From positions 2,722-66,721 of the forward strand of contig DATDPG010000189.1 of the NCBI GenBank assembly GCA_035292885.1: a DNA stretch of 64,000 bases, read 5' to 3'. A model generated the notes under the pieces. It saw only the letters and a program-made list of their open reading frames with translations, made no database searches and was not told the origin of the DNA. The stretch's first letter is position 1. Every line of letters starts with the position of its first letter. Positions 1 to 9,318 of this stretch are shown here, piece by piece. The DNA is from Bdellovibrionota bacterium. Lineage in GTDB: Bacteria; Bdellovibrionota_G; JALEGL01; DATDPG01. Both the position numbers and the translations under genes were made by a program.

Positions 1-1
1 G

Positions 2-1846
2 GCCGGGTGGATCGATTCGGTCACCAGCGTTCGGGCCGTTGGAGAGGATTCCAACGTGATAGAAATCGTGGTGGAAACCGACAACCCGGAACTGGCAAGG
101 AATCTGGTCAACGCCCGAGTGGATCGTTACGTGCAATTCAATATCGCGCGCCGCGGAAAGGACCTGGCACAGACCGAGGAGTTCTTAGCCACCCAACTCG
201 AACAAACCCGATCCCAACTGACTCACGAAGCCGATACACTGCGCGGCTTTCGAGAAGAGCGCGGCGGAATCGACCCCGAACTCGAAATGAAAAAAATAAT
301 GACGGTCCGCGAGACATTGGAAACACGGCTCCTCGACCTTCGGACGCGCACGGACAAATTTGAGCAGGCGGAAAAGGCTCTTGCCGCGGGGGTGGATACG
401 ACTCGGCTCGTTGCCATTCTCCTCCAATCCGGCTTCGTGGTTTTGGAAAAACTCGCCTCGGATCTGCGCGAAGCCGACCAGAAGCTGGTTGAACTCGGCC
501 ACAGTCTGACGCCGGAACATCCGGAATACCGAGAAGCGTTAGAGAGGCAAAATGCATTGCTTCAACAAGCTTTCCAGCTTGTGGCTTCCCAGCTCCAATT
601 CCTGCGACGAGAAGAAAAAGTCATTCGCCAACAAATCCAACGGAACCAGGATCAACTGGCGGCCATCCCCAAAATGGAGCTCGACTTCATTTCGCTCAAG
701 AGGGCCTCGGTAGCAAAAGAAAACGCTTTTTCGTTCCTCTCCACCGGGTATGAGGAAACCCGAATTGCCCGCGCGGCCACGATCCCGAGTGTGTCGGTCA
801 TCGATGAAGCCATCATTCCACGAGCACCCTTTTGGCCGCGGCCGATGCAAAATTTCTGGATGAGCCTTTTGGCCGGATTTCTTCTTTCAGCCGCAGTCGC
901 GATGGCGGCCGACTATCTGAAGGATACCATCGAGGAAATGGCCGAAATCGAGAAATTGATCGAACGGCCGATCTTGGGGGTCATTCCCCGGCTTACCGAA
1001 CCGGAACAGCTGGCTACGGCTCGTTTCTCCCTTCGGCGGTTCCTGGATACCAAGAGTACGGGCAGTCCGATTGTTACTCACGCGAATCCCAAAAGCGTTG
1101 ACATGGAAGCGTTTCGGGCTCTTCGGACCAATTTGCATCTGTTTTCCGCCCCAAACCAGACCCAGGTTTTGCTGTTCTCGAGTTCCATGCCGGGCGATGG
1201 AAAAACGACCATCGTTTCAAATTTCGCGTACGTCCTTTCCGATCTCGGAAAGAATGTCTTGATCCTGGATGCGGACTTTCGAAATCCGAATCTCGGGCGC
1301 GTCTATCAAAGAGAAAGCGAACATGGGCTGTCCGATATTGTGAAGGACGAGCAGATCAATTGGAAGCAATGCGTTTGTGAGATTCGAACGCGAGACAATG
1401 CCCATGGGGTCCTCCATTTTATTTCCGCGGGCCGTGAATCCGAAGACCCTTCCCGCCTTCTGCATTCCGCGCGATTCGGCAAGCTGGTGAACGACCTTCG
1501 ACACCGATATGACTACGTGCTTTTCGACTCTCCGCCCATTTCACTGATTCCCGATGCCGTTTTGCTGGCCAAGTTCGTCGATGGAGCGGTGTTGGTCGTG
1601 GCGCCCTCCCGGACAAAGCGGATCGCCTTACGGGCGACGTGGCGGCGTCTGCAAGAAGTGCAAGCTCAAGTCTATGGAGTCGTTCTCAATCTGAGGGAGC
1701 GCAGCACATCGATCTCTTCGTACAATGGAGGCTATGGGTACGGGTACTATGCTCAGTATGGCCGGGCGCGGAAAGAGGTTTCCGTCGTGTCCAAGCACCT
1801 TCGGAAGATCAAGTTCCTCCGATTGATGAAACAAGGCCATGGTTGA
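2..1846 (+). CDS. Polysaccharide co-polymerase / BY-type tyrosine autokinase (Wzz-GumC family), 5'-truncated by the window edge
   Basis: The frame is open from nt 2. Motifs: Walker A 'SSSMPGDGKTT', Walker B-like 'YDYVLFDSPP', and a C-terminal tyrosine cluster 'SYNGGYGYGYYAQYG'. A coiled-coil chain-length-determinant-like region lies upstream. Confidence 0.85.
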   Translation, partial: AGWIDSVTSVRAVGEDSNVIEIVVETDNPELARNLVNARVDRYVQFNIARRGKDLAQTEEFLATQLEQTRSQLTHEADTLRGFREERGGIDPELEMKKIMTVRETLETRLLDLRTRTDKFEQAEKALAAGVDTTRLVAILLQSGFVVLEKLASDLREADQKLVELGHSLTPEHPEYREALERQNALLQQAFQLVASQLQFLRREEKVIRQQIQRNQDQLAAIPKMELDFISLKRASVAKENAFSFLSTGYEETRIARAATIPSVSVIDEAIIPRAPFWPRPMQNFWMSLLAGFLLSAAVAMAADYLKDTIEEMAEIEKLIERPILGVIPRLTEPEQLATARFSLRRFLDTKSTGSPIVTHANPKSVDMEAFRALRTNLHLFSAPNQTQVLLFSSSMPGDGKTTIVSNFAYVLSDLGKNVLILDADFRNPNLGRVYQRESEHGLSDIVKDEQINWKQCVCEIRTRDNAHGVLHFISAGRESEDPSRLLHSARFGKLVNDLRHRYDYVLFDSPPISLIPDAVLLAKFVDGAVLVVAPSRTKRIALRATWRRLQEVQAQVYGVVLNLRERSTSISSYNGGYGYGYYAQYGRARKEVSVVSKHLRKIKFLRLMKQGHG

Positions 1847-2603
1847 TCTCCACTCGCATATTCTTCCCTGTCTCGACGACGGCGCGACTTCAAGGGAGGA
1901 GGGGATCGAACTGATTTCCATGCTGAATCGGCTCGGATTCACCGAGATCTGTGCAACGCCGCACCATATTGAAGGAGGGTGGATGCCGCAACTCTCCCGG
2001 ATCGACTCGGCATTGGACGATTTAAGGACAGAGATCGAGTCCCGTTCCCTTCACGTGCGCCTTCTCCGCGGGGCTGAGTATTACCTGGATGTATCGCTCT
2101 TTGATCGGCTCGCGGCCGCCGAAATAATCCGCCTGGGCGAGTCGAACATGTTCCTCATCGAGTTTCCCCACACCGTGAACGCCGATCTTCTTTGCGCCAG
2201 CTTATTCCGGCTGGCTCAAGAGTGTGCCGCAGCGCAGCTCACCCCGCTTCTGGCTCATCCCGAGCGATACAATGGAAAAGATTTTGTGCGGTGGATCGCC
2301 CAGCTCAGCCAGTACGGTTTTTTATTTCAAATGGATTTATTGTCGCTTTCGCATCGTTCTCCCCGTCACGTGGGAAAACAGGCGGTCCAACTGCTCGAAC
2401 GGCAAGCCTATTACGGCTTCGGAAGCGATGTGCATCGACCTACGCCTTCCCTGGAAGCAGAACTGGAAGGAGCTCTTGATCAGGTTGAAAGACTCGGCGG
2501 CAGGAAGAGCTTTGGTCTGTCTCAACTGGCTGATCCGCGTTCAGACCTTTTCACGCCCGCTTCCAAGGACGAAACCTCCCCTTGGTGGGAGGGGGCGAAG
2601 TAG
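1839..2603 (+). CDS. PHP-family protein-tyrosine phosphatase (CpsB/YwqE-like)
   Basis: N-terminal 'VDLHSHILPCLDDGA' metal-binding motif. It overlaps the kinase gene by 8 nt, which is the classic kinase/phosphatase pairing. Confidence 0.85.
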   Translation: MVDLHSHILPCLDDGATSREEGIELISMLNRLGFTEICATPHHIEGGWMPQLSRIDSALDDLRTEIESRSLHVRLLRGAEYYLDVSLFDRLAAAEIIRLGESNMFLIEFPHTVNADLLCASLFRLAQECAAAQLTPLLAHPERYNGKDFVRWIAQLSQYGFLFQMDLLSLSHRSPRHVGKQAVQLLERQAYYGFGSDVHRPTPSLEAELEGALDQVERLGGRKSFGLSQLADPRSDLFTPASKDETSPWWEGAK

Positions 2604-2631
2604 CGTTCGATCGCGCGACGTACAGCGATTT

Positions 2632-4119
2632 TCACCGAGATTTATTGTCGGATCCGGGTTCGTCGGCCCGGTTGAAGCAGTTGTCCAATACTTTGTCCAA
2701 CCGCTGTGAATCCCCCTGAAGTCGGGATAGGTGGATCAAAATTTCTTCGATCACACCGCGGATGAGGTCGCACCGGTGTTTGGGAATGGGTTTCAACCGT
2801 TTCGTCTCGATTTCCACGCCCGCGACGCAGATGAAACAGAGATCTTGTGCCCAGCAGGAATGGCACTGCATTTCTTCCTTGTTCATTCCCTCGAATTTCG
2901 ATTGAACTTGCTGAAACTTGGGAGCGTGCGAGAAGTCGGCGTTCGAGATATGCCCCATATCGAATTCAGCTCGATCATTCATCATCTGGCAGGGAAAAAC
3001 CTTACCCGTGGACGAGACCGAAAAGAGATCCTTTCCCAAATTGGCGTAACAAAATTGGTTGGACGGTCTCTTCTCCTTCACGAAAAAAAGGCCGAGGACG
3101 TGCGACACTTGGTAGAGAACGATCGGCCGGTCGCTTCCCAGGGTTTCCAGAGAAAAGCGCGCGGCTTCGCGAAAGGCGGGAATAAGAAAGTCGTAGAATT
3201 CTCGTGTGGCGCTAGAGTCCTCAACCTCCCCCGCTGCGGGACCGATGGTGATCGATCGCGAGCCGAATTCGTCGCGGAAAAATTCGAGAAGAGTTTTGGG
3301 GGTGATCCCCATCTCACGATGTTTGGTCGTATAGGTGCTCTCAATGTTCGGGGAGATTCCCATCTCTTTCAGAAGTCTCAGTCCGGAAGCTATTTTTGAG
3401 TAACTCCCTTTTCCGCTGAGTGTAGGCCGAAGGAGGTCGTTGATCGGTTCCGGGCCGTCGATGGAAACTGTGACGCCAAAACGGTATTTGGCCAACATTT
3501 CAACGTTTTGCGGTGTGAGCAACGTGCCGTTTGTGACCAGCGAGAACGCAGGCTCCGACGCGCCCCTCCTCTTCGATTGCTCCAAGGCATACTCACAAAC
3601 CTTGGGGATGAGAGGCGCCTGCAGCATCGGTTCACCGCCGAAAAAGGTGATCGTTCCGATATGGCCGAACGCTTCGTAGAATCGATCCACCGCTTGAAAC
3701 GCCAGGTCCGGGCCCATCATTCCCGGAGGCGAATTGTAGGTTCCCCCATTTGCAAAACAGTATCCGCAACCCAAGTTGCACGCGTTGCTCACGTTGAGAT
3801 AAAGACTGATCGGCTTTTCTCTCGTCATGGTTTTCAGTTTGATTTGATCCAATCGCGACTGAGTGCGTTCCATTACGGAAATAGCTTCAGACACACTTTC
3901 CTCACTCCCCCCGAGTTCAGCCGCAATTTCAACTGTTTCTTTTCCGGTTTGAAGTTGCTTTGCGATTTCACCGAAGTCCTTGCTCAGTCTTATCAACGAG
4001 GATGCTTCGCGGTGATAGAGAAGATATTCCTCCGCATGTTCGATCAAATGAAAATGGGGAAAGCGGGCTTTCAATGAAATAGCTCCTGGCAAACGTGGAG
4101 AACCATCGATTCCGTGCAA
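2632..4119 (-). CDS. Radical SAM / SPASM-domain peptide maturase with an N-terminal PqqD-like (RRE) region
   Basis: 'CNLGCGYC' fits CxxxCxxC. The C-terminal Cys cluster is 'FPCQMMNDRAEFDMG...CHSCWAQDLCFICVAG'. N-terminal residues ~25-90 ('YLLYHREASSLIRLSKDFGEIAKQLQTGKETVEIAAELGGSEESVSEAISVM') look like a winged-helix PqqD/RRE fold. Confidence 0.85.
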   Translation of the reverse strand: MHGIDGSPRLPGAISLKARFPHFHLIEHAEEYLLYHREASSLIRLSKDFGEIAKQLQTGKETVEIAAELGGSEESVSEAISVMERTQSRLDQIKLKTMTREKPISLYLNVSNACNLGCGYCFANGGTYNSPPGMMGPDLAFQAVDRFYEAFGHIGTITFFGGEPMLQAPLIPKVCEYALEQSKRRGASEPAFSLVTNGTLLTPQNVEMLAKYRFGVTVSIDGPEPINDLLRPTLSGKGSYSKIASGLRLLKEMGISPNIESTYTTKHREMGITPKTLLEFFRDEFGSRSITIGPAAGEVEDSSATREFYDFLIPAFREAARFSLETLGSDRPIVLYQVSHVLGLFFVKEKRPSNQFCYANLGKDLFSVSSTGKVFPCQMMNDRAEFDMGHISNADFSHAPKFQQVQSKFEGMNKEEMQCHSCWAQDLCFICVAGVEIETKRLKPIPKHRCDLIRGVIEEILIHLSRLQGDSQRLDKVLDNCFNRADEPGSDNKSR

Positions 4120-4652
4120 TAAAGCTTCTCTTCCACCTCACCCGTGGCCTTGACCGTCACGCGACACGTCTCTTGCGGGATAAATCGGTGCCCGTACTCC
4201 TTAAGTAGTTTGAGATTTCGTTGTGTAACCCGGCTTTCGTACATTCGCCGGTTCATCGTCGGACCGAAATAAACAGGACTCGTCGCCGCCAAAACGAGGC
4301 CCGCCACCAGACTATCGCAAATTCCATGTGCGCACTTGGCGATCGTGTTGGCCGAGGCGGGATAAACCAACGTCACATCGGCCCAATCGGCGAGGTTGAT
4401 ATGGGGAACGGGAAACTCCTCCGTCGTATCCGTGTGATGTACGAACATCTTCCGACCGATGAGCTTTTCGACAACTTCACGTTCAAAGAAGCCAAGCGCC
4501 GCAGGTGTAGCTGCTACGATCACTTCATGCCGGCCGATCTCAGGATGATAAAGAAGATTGGAGACCAAACGCGGCGTGACCTCAGCCTGGACACACCCCG
4601 TGACCGCCAAAACAACATGGGGCAATCGACCTTTCGGCTTCGCCGAATTCAT
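4071..4652 (-). CDS. HFCD-family flavoprotein (EpiD/LanD/CoaC-like cysteine decarboxylase), copy A
   Basis: Motifs: 'VPHINLADWAD', 'YPASANTIAKCAHGICDSL', 'GPTMNRRMY'. I chose the start at M24 of the tracked ORF because ATG 4652-4650 overlaps the upstream TGA (4651-4649) as ATGA. The resulting length matches paralog B. Confidence 0.8.
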   Translation of the reverse strand: MNSAKPKGRLPHVVLAVTGCVQAEVTPRLVSNLLYHPEIGRHEVIVAATPAALGFFEREVVEKLIGRKMFVHHTDTTEEFPVPHINLADWADVTLVYPASANTIAKCAHGICDSLVAGLVLAATSPVYFGPTMNRRMYESRVTQRNLKLLKEYGHRFIPQETCRVTVKATGEVEEKLYCTESMVLHVCQELFH

Positions 4653-6814
4653 GCGGCTTGAACCTCCGCTGTACGCTTGCCGCGCGGGCGCGTCAGCCGA
4701 ACGATGCCGGCCCGGAACCACTTATAGAGATCTGTCCGGAGATCACGTACTTCAATGCCGCCGGCTTTTTCCACCGCGCTGATCAAGAGGGGATTAGGCC
4801 CCGCACGCCTTAAAATCGTTCCCAGGCGTTCCGAAATCGGAATCCATGCAAAGTCGACGGCGTTAAAGAGAACCCACTGACTGGCGGCTGTGCCGGGAAA
4901 CGACAGGATCCGGGAATCCTCGGAAAGCGAAATCTCCCACTCCTTCAAGTTCTCACCGGCGGAGAAAGCCTCACCACCCGGCAATACGATTTCCATCTCC
5001 GAAAGCGGCTGTTCGAGTTTCTTCCCTTCTCCCTTATCTCGATAGCGTGAAACATATAACAAGTGAGCCGCCCAGCAGCACTCGGACGGGAAAAGACCGG
5101 CTAAAACCGGAAGGTTTTGTCCTAGGCGCGCCATAAGTCTTTCCGTTTCCGCCTGCTGCTCCGGCGTCGGTTCTTGAATATTCACCAGCGAGAATTCCAA
5201 AGCATTGTCCAGATCGTGATCCGCGACCTTTTGGACGGAAGCCACATAGGGATTCCCTCCTTCGGCTATAGGAGCGCCGGGATCAAAATTAAAATCATAG
5301 AGGTGAATATAGTCGCCGGCTTTGGCGTATTCCCATACGGTTTCAAGCGTTTCCAGATATTCTTCCGGTTGCTCTCCAGGGAATGAACGAATCGTGTTCA
5401 GGTGGGCGGTTATCGGTGTGCCGCGCAAATCGCCCAAGAATCTCAAAACGCGTTCCCGGTCGTACCCCTTTTTCATGAGCTTTAAAACGCGGCTGTTGGC
5501 CGATTCCATTCCGACATGGAGAAGCGTGACACCGCCTTGGGCCAAGAGTTCGAGCCTCTCCTTCGTGAAATAGTTCTCGACGCGCGAATGCGCGTACCAT
5601 CGCGTGGAAAGCTTCTCCCGCGCGATCCGTTCGGCGATCTCAACGTGCTGTTTCGGTATGAGAAGTTCGTCGACAAAAAAGAGCTTGGTGGCTCGATAAA
5701 GCTTTTCGTACGTTTTGATGTCGTGAATGACCGAATCGGTGGTACGCGCGCGAAATTGGCCGAAATAGTTTTCATGATGATTGCAAAACGAACAGATGTC
5801 GTAATAACAGCCGCGGGTACAGTACATCGGCAGAACCGGCTCCGGCGTCCAGTAGGACTGTAGCCGAAGTCCCGAAAAGTCGGGCGTCGGCAGCTGATTC
5901 AAATCTTCTATTTTTTGGGAGGAGTTATGCCGGATGCTTTCTCCCTGCCGATAATGAAGATTGGGCACCGTTTTCAATTCACCACCGGTTACAACCGCAT
6001 TCAGGAGAGAAAGCAGTGCTTTTTCTCCTTCGAAGGTCACGACGTAATCAAAGATATCGAATGTCTTGGCGTTACTGCAGATCACGTCCCGGAGCGTTGT
6101 GATAAAGCTTCCTCCGATCACGAACGCTTTGGAAACCGCTGCCTCCCGCATCCATCGCGCCAGCAGGAGTGCGGGCAGCAGTTGCTGTGGATTCGCACAG
6201 GAGAAACCGACGAGGTCAAATGGCGAATTCCTCGTTAAGAACGAGAGGTGCGATTGGAAAAACTCGTGAAGAAGCCGGTATGAATTCTCTTGTCCGGCGA
6301 ATTGAATAAGATCGTCCATGGAAAAGCGCATTCGCGTGCGGTCGATCTCGACCGAAAAACCATTTCCACCGAATGTGTGCCGTATCGGATCCGGCTCGGT
6401 TGAATAACATTCCAATGCAAGTCGAACGATCGCCATCGCGCGGTCATACATACGGGTGTCGTAATAGCGTTTCGGGTCGTGAAAGATGTCAATGGCATCC
6501 TGGATCGCAGACCGGAGCTGCGGCAGCATATACAGAGCTTTAGCCTGGAGCGTTTCCGTCCCTCCCACGGCTTCTTTGGAACGAATCTTTTCTTCTTGTT
6601 TCAGCAAAGTCGCAGGTTCGAGTAAAAAGCCCAGGAAACCAAGATTGCTGTCCCAGACATCCACCTCTCCAACGCCTTGGGCTTTAAGATATCCTGTCAG
6701 GCAAGGGATCCCGAGAGTAGGCATGTCGACATAGGATGCAGGAGGGTACACCAGCAGCACTTTGGCGCCGGCAAGATTATGCGGAGAACCGCCCGTCGGG
6801 TGTGGTTTTTTCAT
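4649..6814 (-). CDS. B12-binding-domain (class B) radical SAM enzyme
   Basis: The N-terminus 'KVLLVYPPASYVDMPTLGIPCLTGYLKAQG' is typical of a cobalamin-binding domain. The Cys cluster is 'YCTRGCYYDICSFC'. Size is 721 aa. It is the first gene of the 6814->2632 operon. Confidence 0.75.
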   Translation of the reverse strand: MKKPHPTGGSPHNLAGAKVLLVYPPASYVDMPTLGIPCLTGYLKAQGVGEVDVWDSNLGFLGFLLEPATLLKQEEKIRSKEAVGGTETLQAKALYMLPQLRSAIQDAIDIFHDPKRYYDTRMYDRAMAIVRLALECYSTEPDPIRHTFGGNGFSVEIDRTRMRFSMDDLIQFAGQENSYRLLHEFFQSHLSFLTRNSPFDLVGFSCANPQQLLPALLLARWMREAAVSKAFVIGGSFITTLRDVICSNAKTFDIFDYVVTFEGEKALLSLLNAVVTGGELKTVPNLHYRQGESIRHNSSQKIEDLNQLPTPDFSGLRLQSYWTPEPVLPMYCTRGCYYDICSFCNHHENYFGQFRARTTDSVIHDIKTYEKLYRATKLFFVDELLIPKQHVEIAERIAREKLSTRWYAHSRVENYFTKERLELLAQGGVTLLHVGMESANSRVLKLMKKGYDRERVLRFLGDLRGTPITAHLNTIRSFPGEQPEEYLETLETVWEYAKAGDYIHLYDFNFDPGAPIAEGGNPYVASVQKVADHDLDNALEFSLVNIQEPTPEQQAETERLMARLGQNLPVLAGLFPSECCWAAHLLYVSRYRDKGEGKKLEQPLSEMEIVLPGGEAFSAGENLKEWEISLSEDSRILSFPGTAASQWVLFNAVDFAWIPISERLGTILRRAGPNPLLISAVEKAGGIEVRDLRTDLYKWFRAGIVRLTRPRGKRTAEVQAA

Positions 6815-7005
6815 CTTTCTTTAAGGGAGGCTTGGGTATTTCCTTCGACGATTCTATTTTAAGATATGAATCCCGCCTCAGTCTAATCATGATCTACGTC
6901 ATGATTTGTGCGGGTACTTGACAACCGAGTAAACAGGAATCAACCGCGATTGCGAAAGCCCCGATCGCAAAAGCCGCCGCACTATAAGCCAATAGAATCA
7001 ATAGG

Positions 7006-7722
7006 TTATTTATTTGGATGGATCGACAGATCCCTAATAATCACATGGAGGGGCTGGGTGAGCACAAAAAGAATAGCTCGCGCCACATCTTCCGGCTGCA
7101 GAAGTTGTTTCGCCAGAGCTTCGCGCTCCTCACGATCGGTCCAATATTCATTCCATAAATCCGTCACCACCGTGCCCGGGCGAAGCGTCGAAACTTTGAT
7201 CCCGTAGGGCTTCACTTCCTTTTGAAGCGCGTCCGAAAATCCGACAACGCCATACTTGCTCGCCGTATACAGCGCCATGTTTTCCTGGGGGACGGTTCCT
7301 GCAATCGACGAAATGTTCACAATGTGGCCGCTTCGCTGGCGTTTCATCAGAGGGAGGACTTCTCTGCAGCAAAGTGTCGTGCCCAAAAGGTTGGTGTCCA
7401 AGATCTCACGGATTCTTTCCACCGGAGTTCCATCGAGCGGAGCGCTCGTTAAAATGCCGGCCGAGTTAACGAGAACGTCGATCCTCCCAAACGTCTCGAA
7501 TGTCTGGTGAATGAGTGCCTGAATATCCTTGGGATTGCGGATGTCGGCGGGGAAGATTCTCGCGTTACGTCCGCAAGCCTTTTGCACCTTTTGAAGCTCC
7601 GCCTTCCGGCGGGCCGCAAGACAAAGCTTCATCCCTTCTTTGGCCAGCAGAATAGCTGTGGCGTTTCCAATGCCGCTGCTGGCTCCTGTCACAATGGCTA
7701 CTTTGAGATTTTTCTCAGCCAT
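7006..7722 (-). CDS. Short-chain dehydrogenase/reductase (SDR)
   Basis: 'VAIVTGASSGIGNATA' (TGxxxGxG), 'NSAG', 'YTASKYGV' (YxxxK). Confidence 0.9.
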   Translation of the reverse strand: MAEKNLKVAIVTGASSGIGNATAILLAKEGMKLCLAARRKAELQKVQKACGRNARIFPADIRNPKDIQALIHQTFETFGRIDVLVNSAGILTSAPLDGTPVERIREILDTNLLGTTLCCREVLPLMKRQRSGHIVNISSIAGTVPQENMALYTASKYGVVGFSDALQKEVKPYGIKVSTLRPGTVVTDLWNEYWTDREEREALAKQLLQPEDVARAILFVLTQPLHVIIRDLSIHPNK

Positions 7723-9293
7723 GTTGCAATGCGATCCGGAATCTCGTCCGACATCTCATACGGGACATCGTACTCAAAGCCTGGGAAATCGCGACATGCT
7801 TTTGTAAAAAAATGATTCAGGCCTTTAAAGCGATGAACCTCATACGGCACATGGGACTTGGACAGCGATGCAGCCATCGCCGCACATTCTTCCACCAAGA
7901 TTTCCGCATCTTCTTCGCCGTGCAACAAGAGAACAGGAATCCGAAGGTTTTTGGCTTCCAAGGCTGGTACGTTCGAAATCTGTTCCGACCAGAGCGCGAG
8001 GCTTTTTCCCATCCATGGAACGTTTTTGATTTTGCCGCCGGTTTTCGAATGGAGCGACCGGACATATTGAAAAATCCGGCGTAGGCGAGCGATCTCGCTT
8101 CGAGTTTCGGCGCCAGGTCTTTTCATCCGTCGAGCCTTAAAGAGAGTCTTATTCAAGATGACTCGATCCAGTGAATGCGCCCGTGCGCCGGCCAGGACAA
8201 CTCCTCGTATTTGCCGACTCTTCAGAGCGGCGGAAATCGCCAAGTTGGCGCCCTCACTAAAGCCAACGAGGATCACGGGTTTTCCTTTCATGCGATCCGC
8301 AACACACTCCGTGGCGGCAATGACATCCTCCAGCAGATTGGTCCGGCTTACCTCTTTCCAATTTCCCCCGCTCTTTCCCACGCCCCGTTTGTCGTACCGA
8401 AAGACACCGATCCCATGGCGGATCAGTTTCCGGCTAAGCTCCCGGAAGGGCCTCGCCTGTATGACATTTAGATCCCTCTCCTCAAACCCCGAACCACTGT
8501 CTCGTGTCTCCTGGCCGCTCCCATGAAGCAGGATCGCGGTGGGAAGCTTCGTTCCTCCTTTGGGAACCTCAAGTGTACCCCAAAGACGGGTTCCATCTTT
8601 CGAGCGAAAAGATAGATTCCTCTCCTTTCCTACAGGATCGTCACTCCGGTAACGAAGAGTTCTCTTCGGTTCTTTTATTTTTCTTATGTGCGCAACAAAG
8701 GGAATAGAGTCAGCGAATCGGCGGATGCGCAATTCAAGTTTCGGAAAAGTAATCGTTCGGGGCCCAAGGTCATCCCACTCGACGTGTCCGGACAGATCTT
8801 CGCGGTTCACTCGAATGTCAGCGGTATCGAAATGGGATCTCTTATCTGCCCGCCGCACAGTCAATTGTTCAATCCGATGATCATCCATGTTGTAGGCCAC
8901 GTGCTCGATCCAGGAATGACGTTTCCCCCTTGGACGGAGGGGAAAGAAAGGAAAAACGAGATGGGTACCTAAAAGCGTAAGGTTGTTCCCGTTCTTAAAA
9001 AAGTGACTCCAAGATTCCCCCAATTTGGACCTAAACAATGCCCAGCCTCCTCGATGGGAACGAATCCATATTCGGTCGGTCCATTTTTTTCGGCCGGCTT
9101 TCTGGATTGTTTCGAGCTGTACGTAACGTAAATGCCGCCCCTCATATTCCGCAAGAGCGTACCGTTTGAACCCAGGTGACTTAACCGTGTTCTCAAAGAT
9201 CGTTCTCCGGCGGCTCGAACGGACTCGAACATACGAACGCCCCACAATTCGGCCATCGAGCGTTTCTAGAGAGAACGAAAAACCGCCGAGCAT
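7698..9293 (-). CDS. Alpha/beta-hydrolase (S9/dienelactone-hydrolase-like) with a ~250-aa N-terminal domain of unknown function
   Basis: The C-terminal half has 'LVGFSEGANLA' (GxSxG-like), 'LLLHGEEDAEI' and 'GLNHFF', giving a Ser-Asp-His arrangement. I recognise nothing in the N-terminal half. Confidence 0.6.
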   Translation of the reverse strand: MLGGFSFSLETLDGRIVGRSYVRVRSSRRRTIFENTVKSPGFKRYALAEYEGRHLRYVQLETIQKAGRKKWTDRIWIRSHRGGWALFRSKLGESWSHFFKNGNNLTLLGTHLVFPFFPLRPRGKRHSWIEHVAYNMDDHRIEQLTVRRADKRSHFDTADIRVNREDLSGHVEWDDLGPRTITFPKLELRIRRFADSIPFVAHIRKIKEPKRTLRYRSDDPVGKERNLSFRSKDGTRLWGTLEVPKGGTKLPTAILLHGSGQETRDSGSGFEERDLNVIQARPFRELSRKLIRHGIGVFRYDKRGVGKSGGNWKEVSRTNLLEDVIAATECVADRMKGKPVILVGFSEGANLAISAALKSRQIRGVVLAGARAHSLDRVILNKTLFKARRMKRPGAETRSEIARLRRIFQYVRSLHSKTGGKIKNVPWMGKSLALWSEQISNVPALEAKNLRIPVLLLHGEEDAEILVEECAAMAASLSKSHVPYEVHRFKGLNHFFTKACRDFPGFEYDVPYEMSDEIPDRIATWLRKISK

Positions 9294-9318
9294 GGGAGAG
9301 ATAGTACCTTACCTTGAA

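Noticed and set aside
2731-4077. 222-aa and 189-aa plus-strand ORFs antisense to the rSAM/SPASM gene
   Set aside because: The minus-strand frame contains the CxxxCxxC and SPASM Cys clusters. These are shadow ORFs.
4653-4721. Upstream 23-codon extension of the HFCD copy A ORF as given in the track
   Set aside because: The internal ATG at 4652 gives an ATGA overlap with the upstream stop and a length matching paralog B. The extension would overlap the B12-rSAM gene by 73 nt.
6815-7005. Searched for a precursor ORF directly upstream of the B12-rSAM operon. On the minus strand, the longest ORF starting here is ~33 codons and runs out of frame into the B12-rSAM coding sequence. A TTGCGA/TCGCAA hairpin is also present.
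   Set aside because: That ORF has no SD site and overlaps the rSAM start out of frame. The hairpin is more simply the terminator region of the upstream SDR gene.
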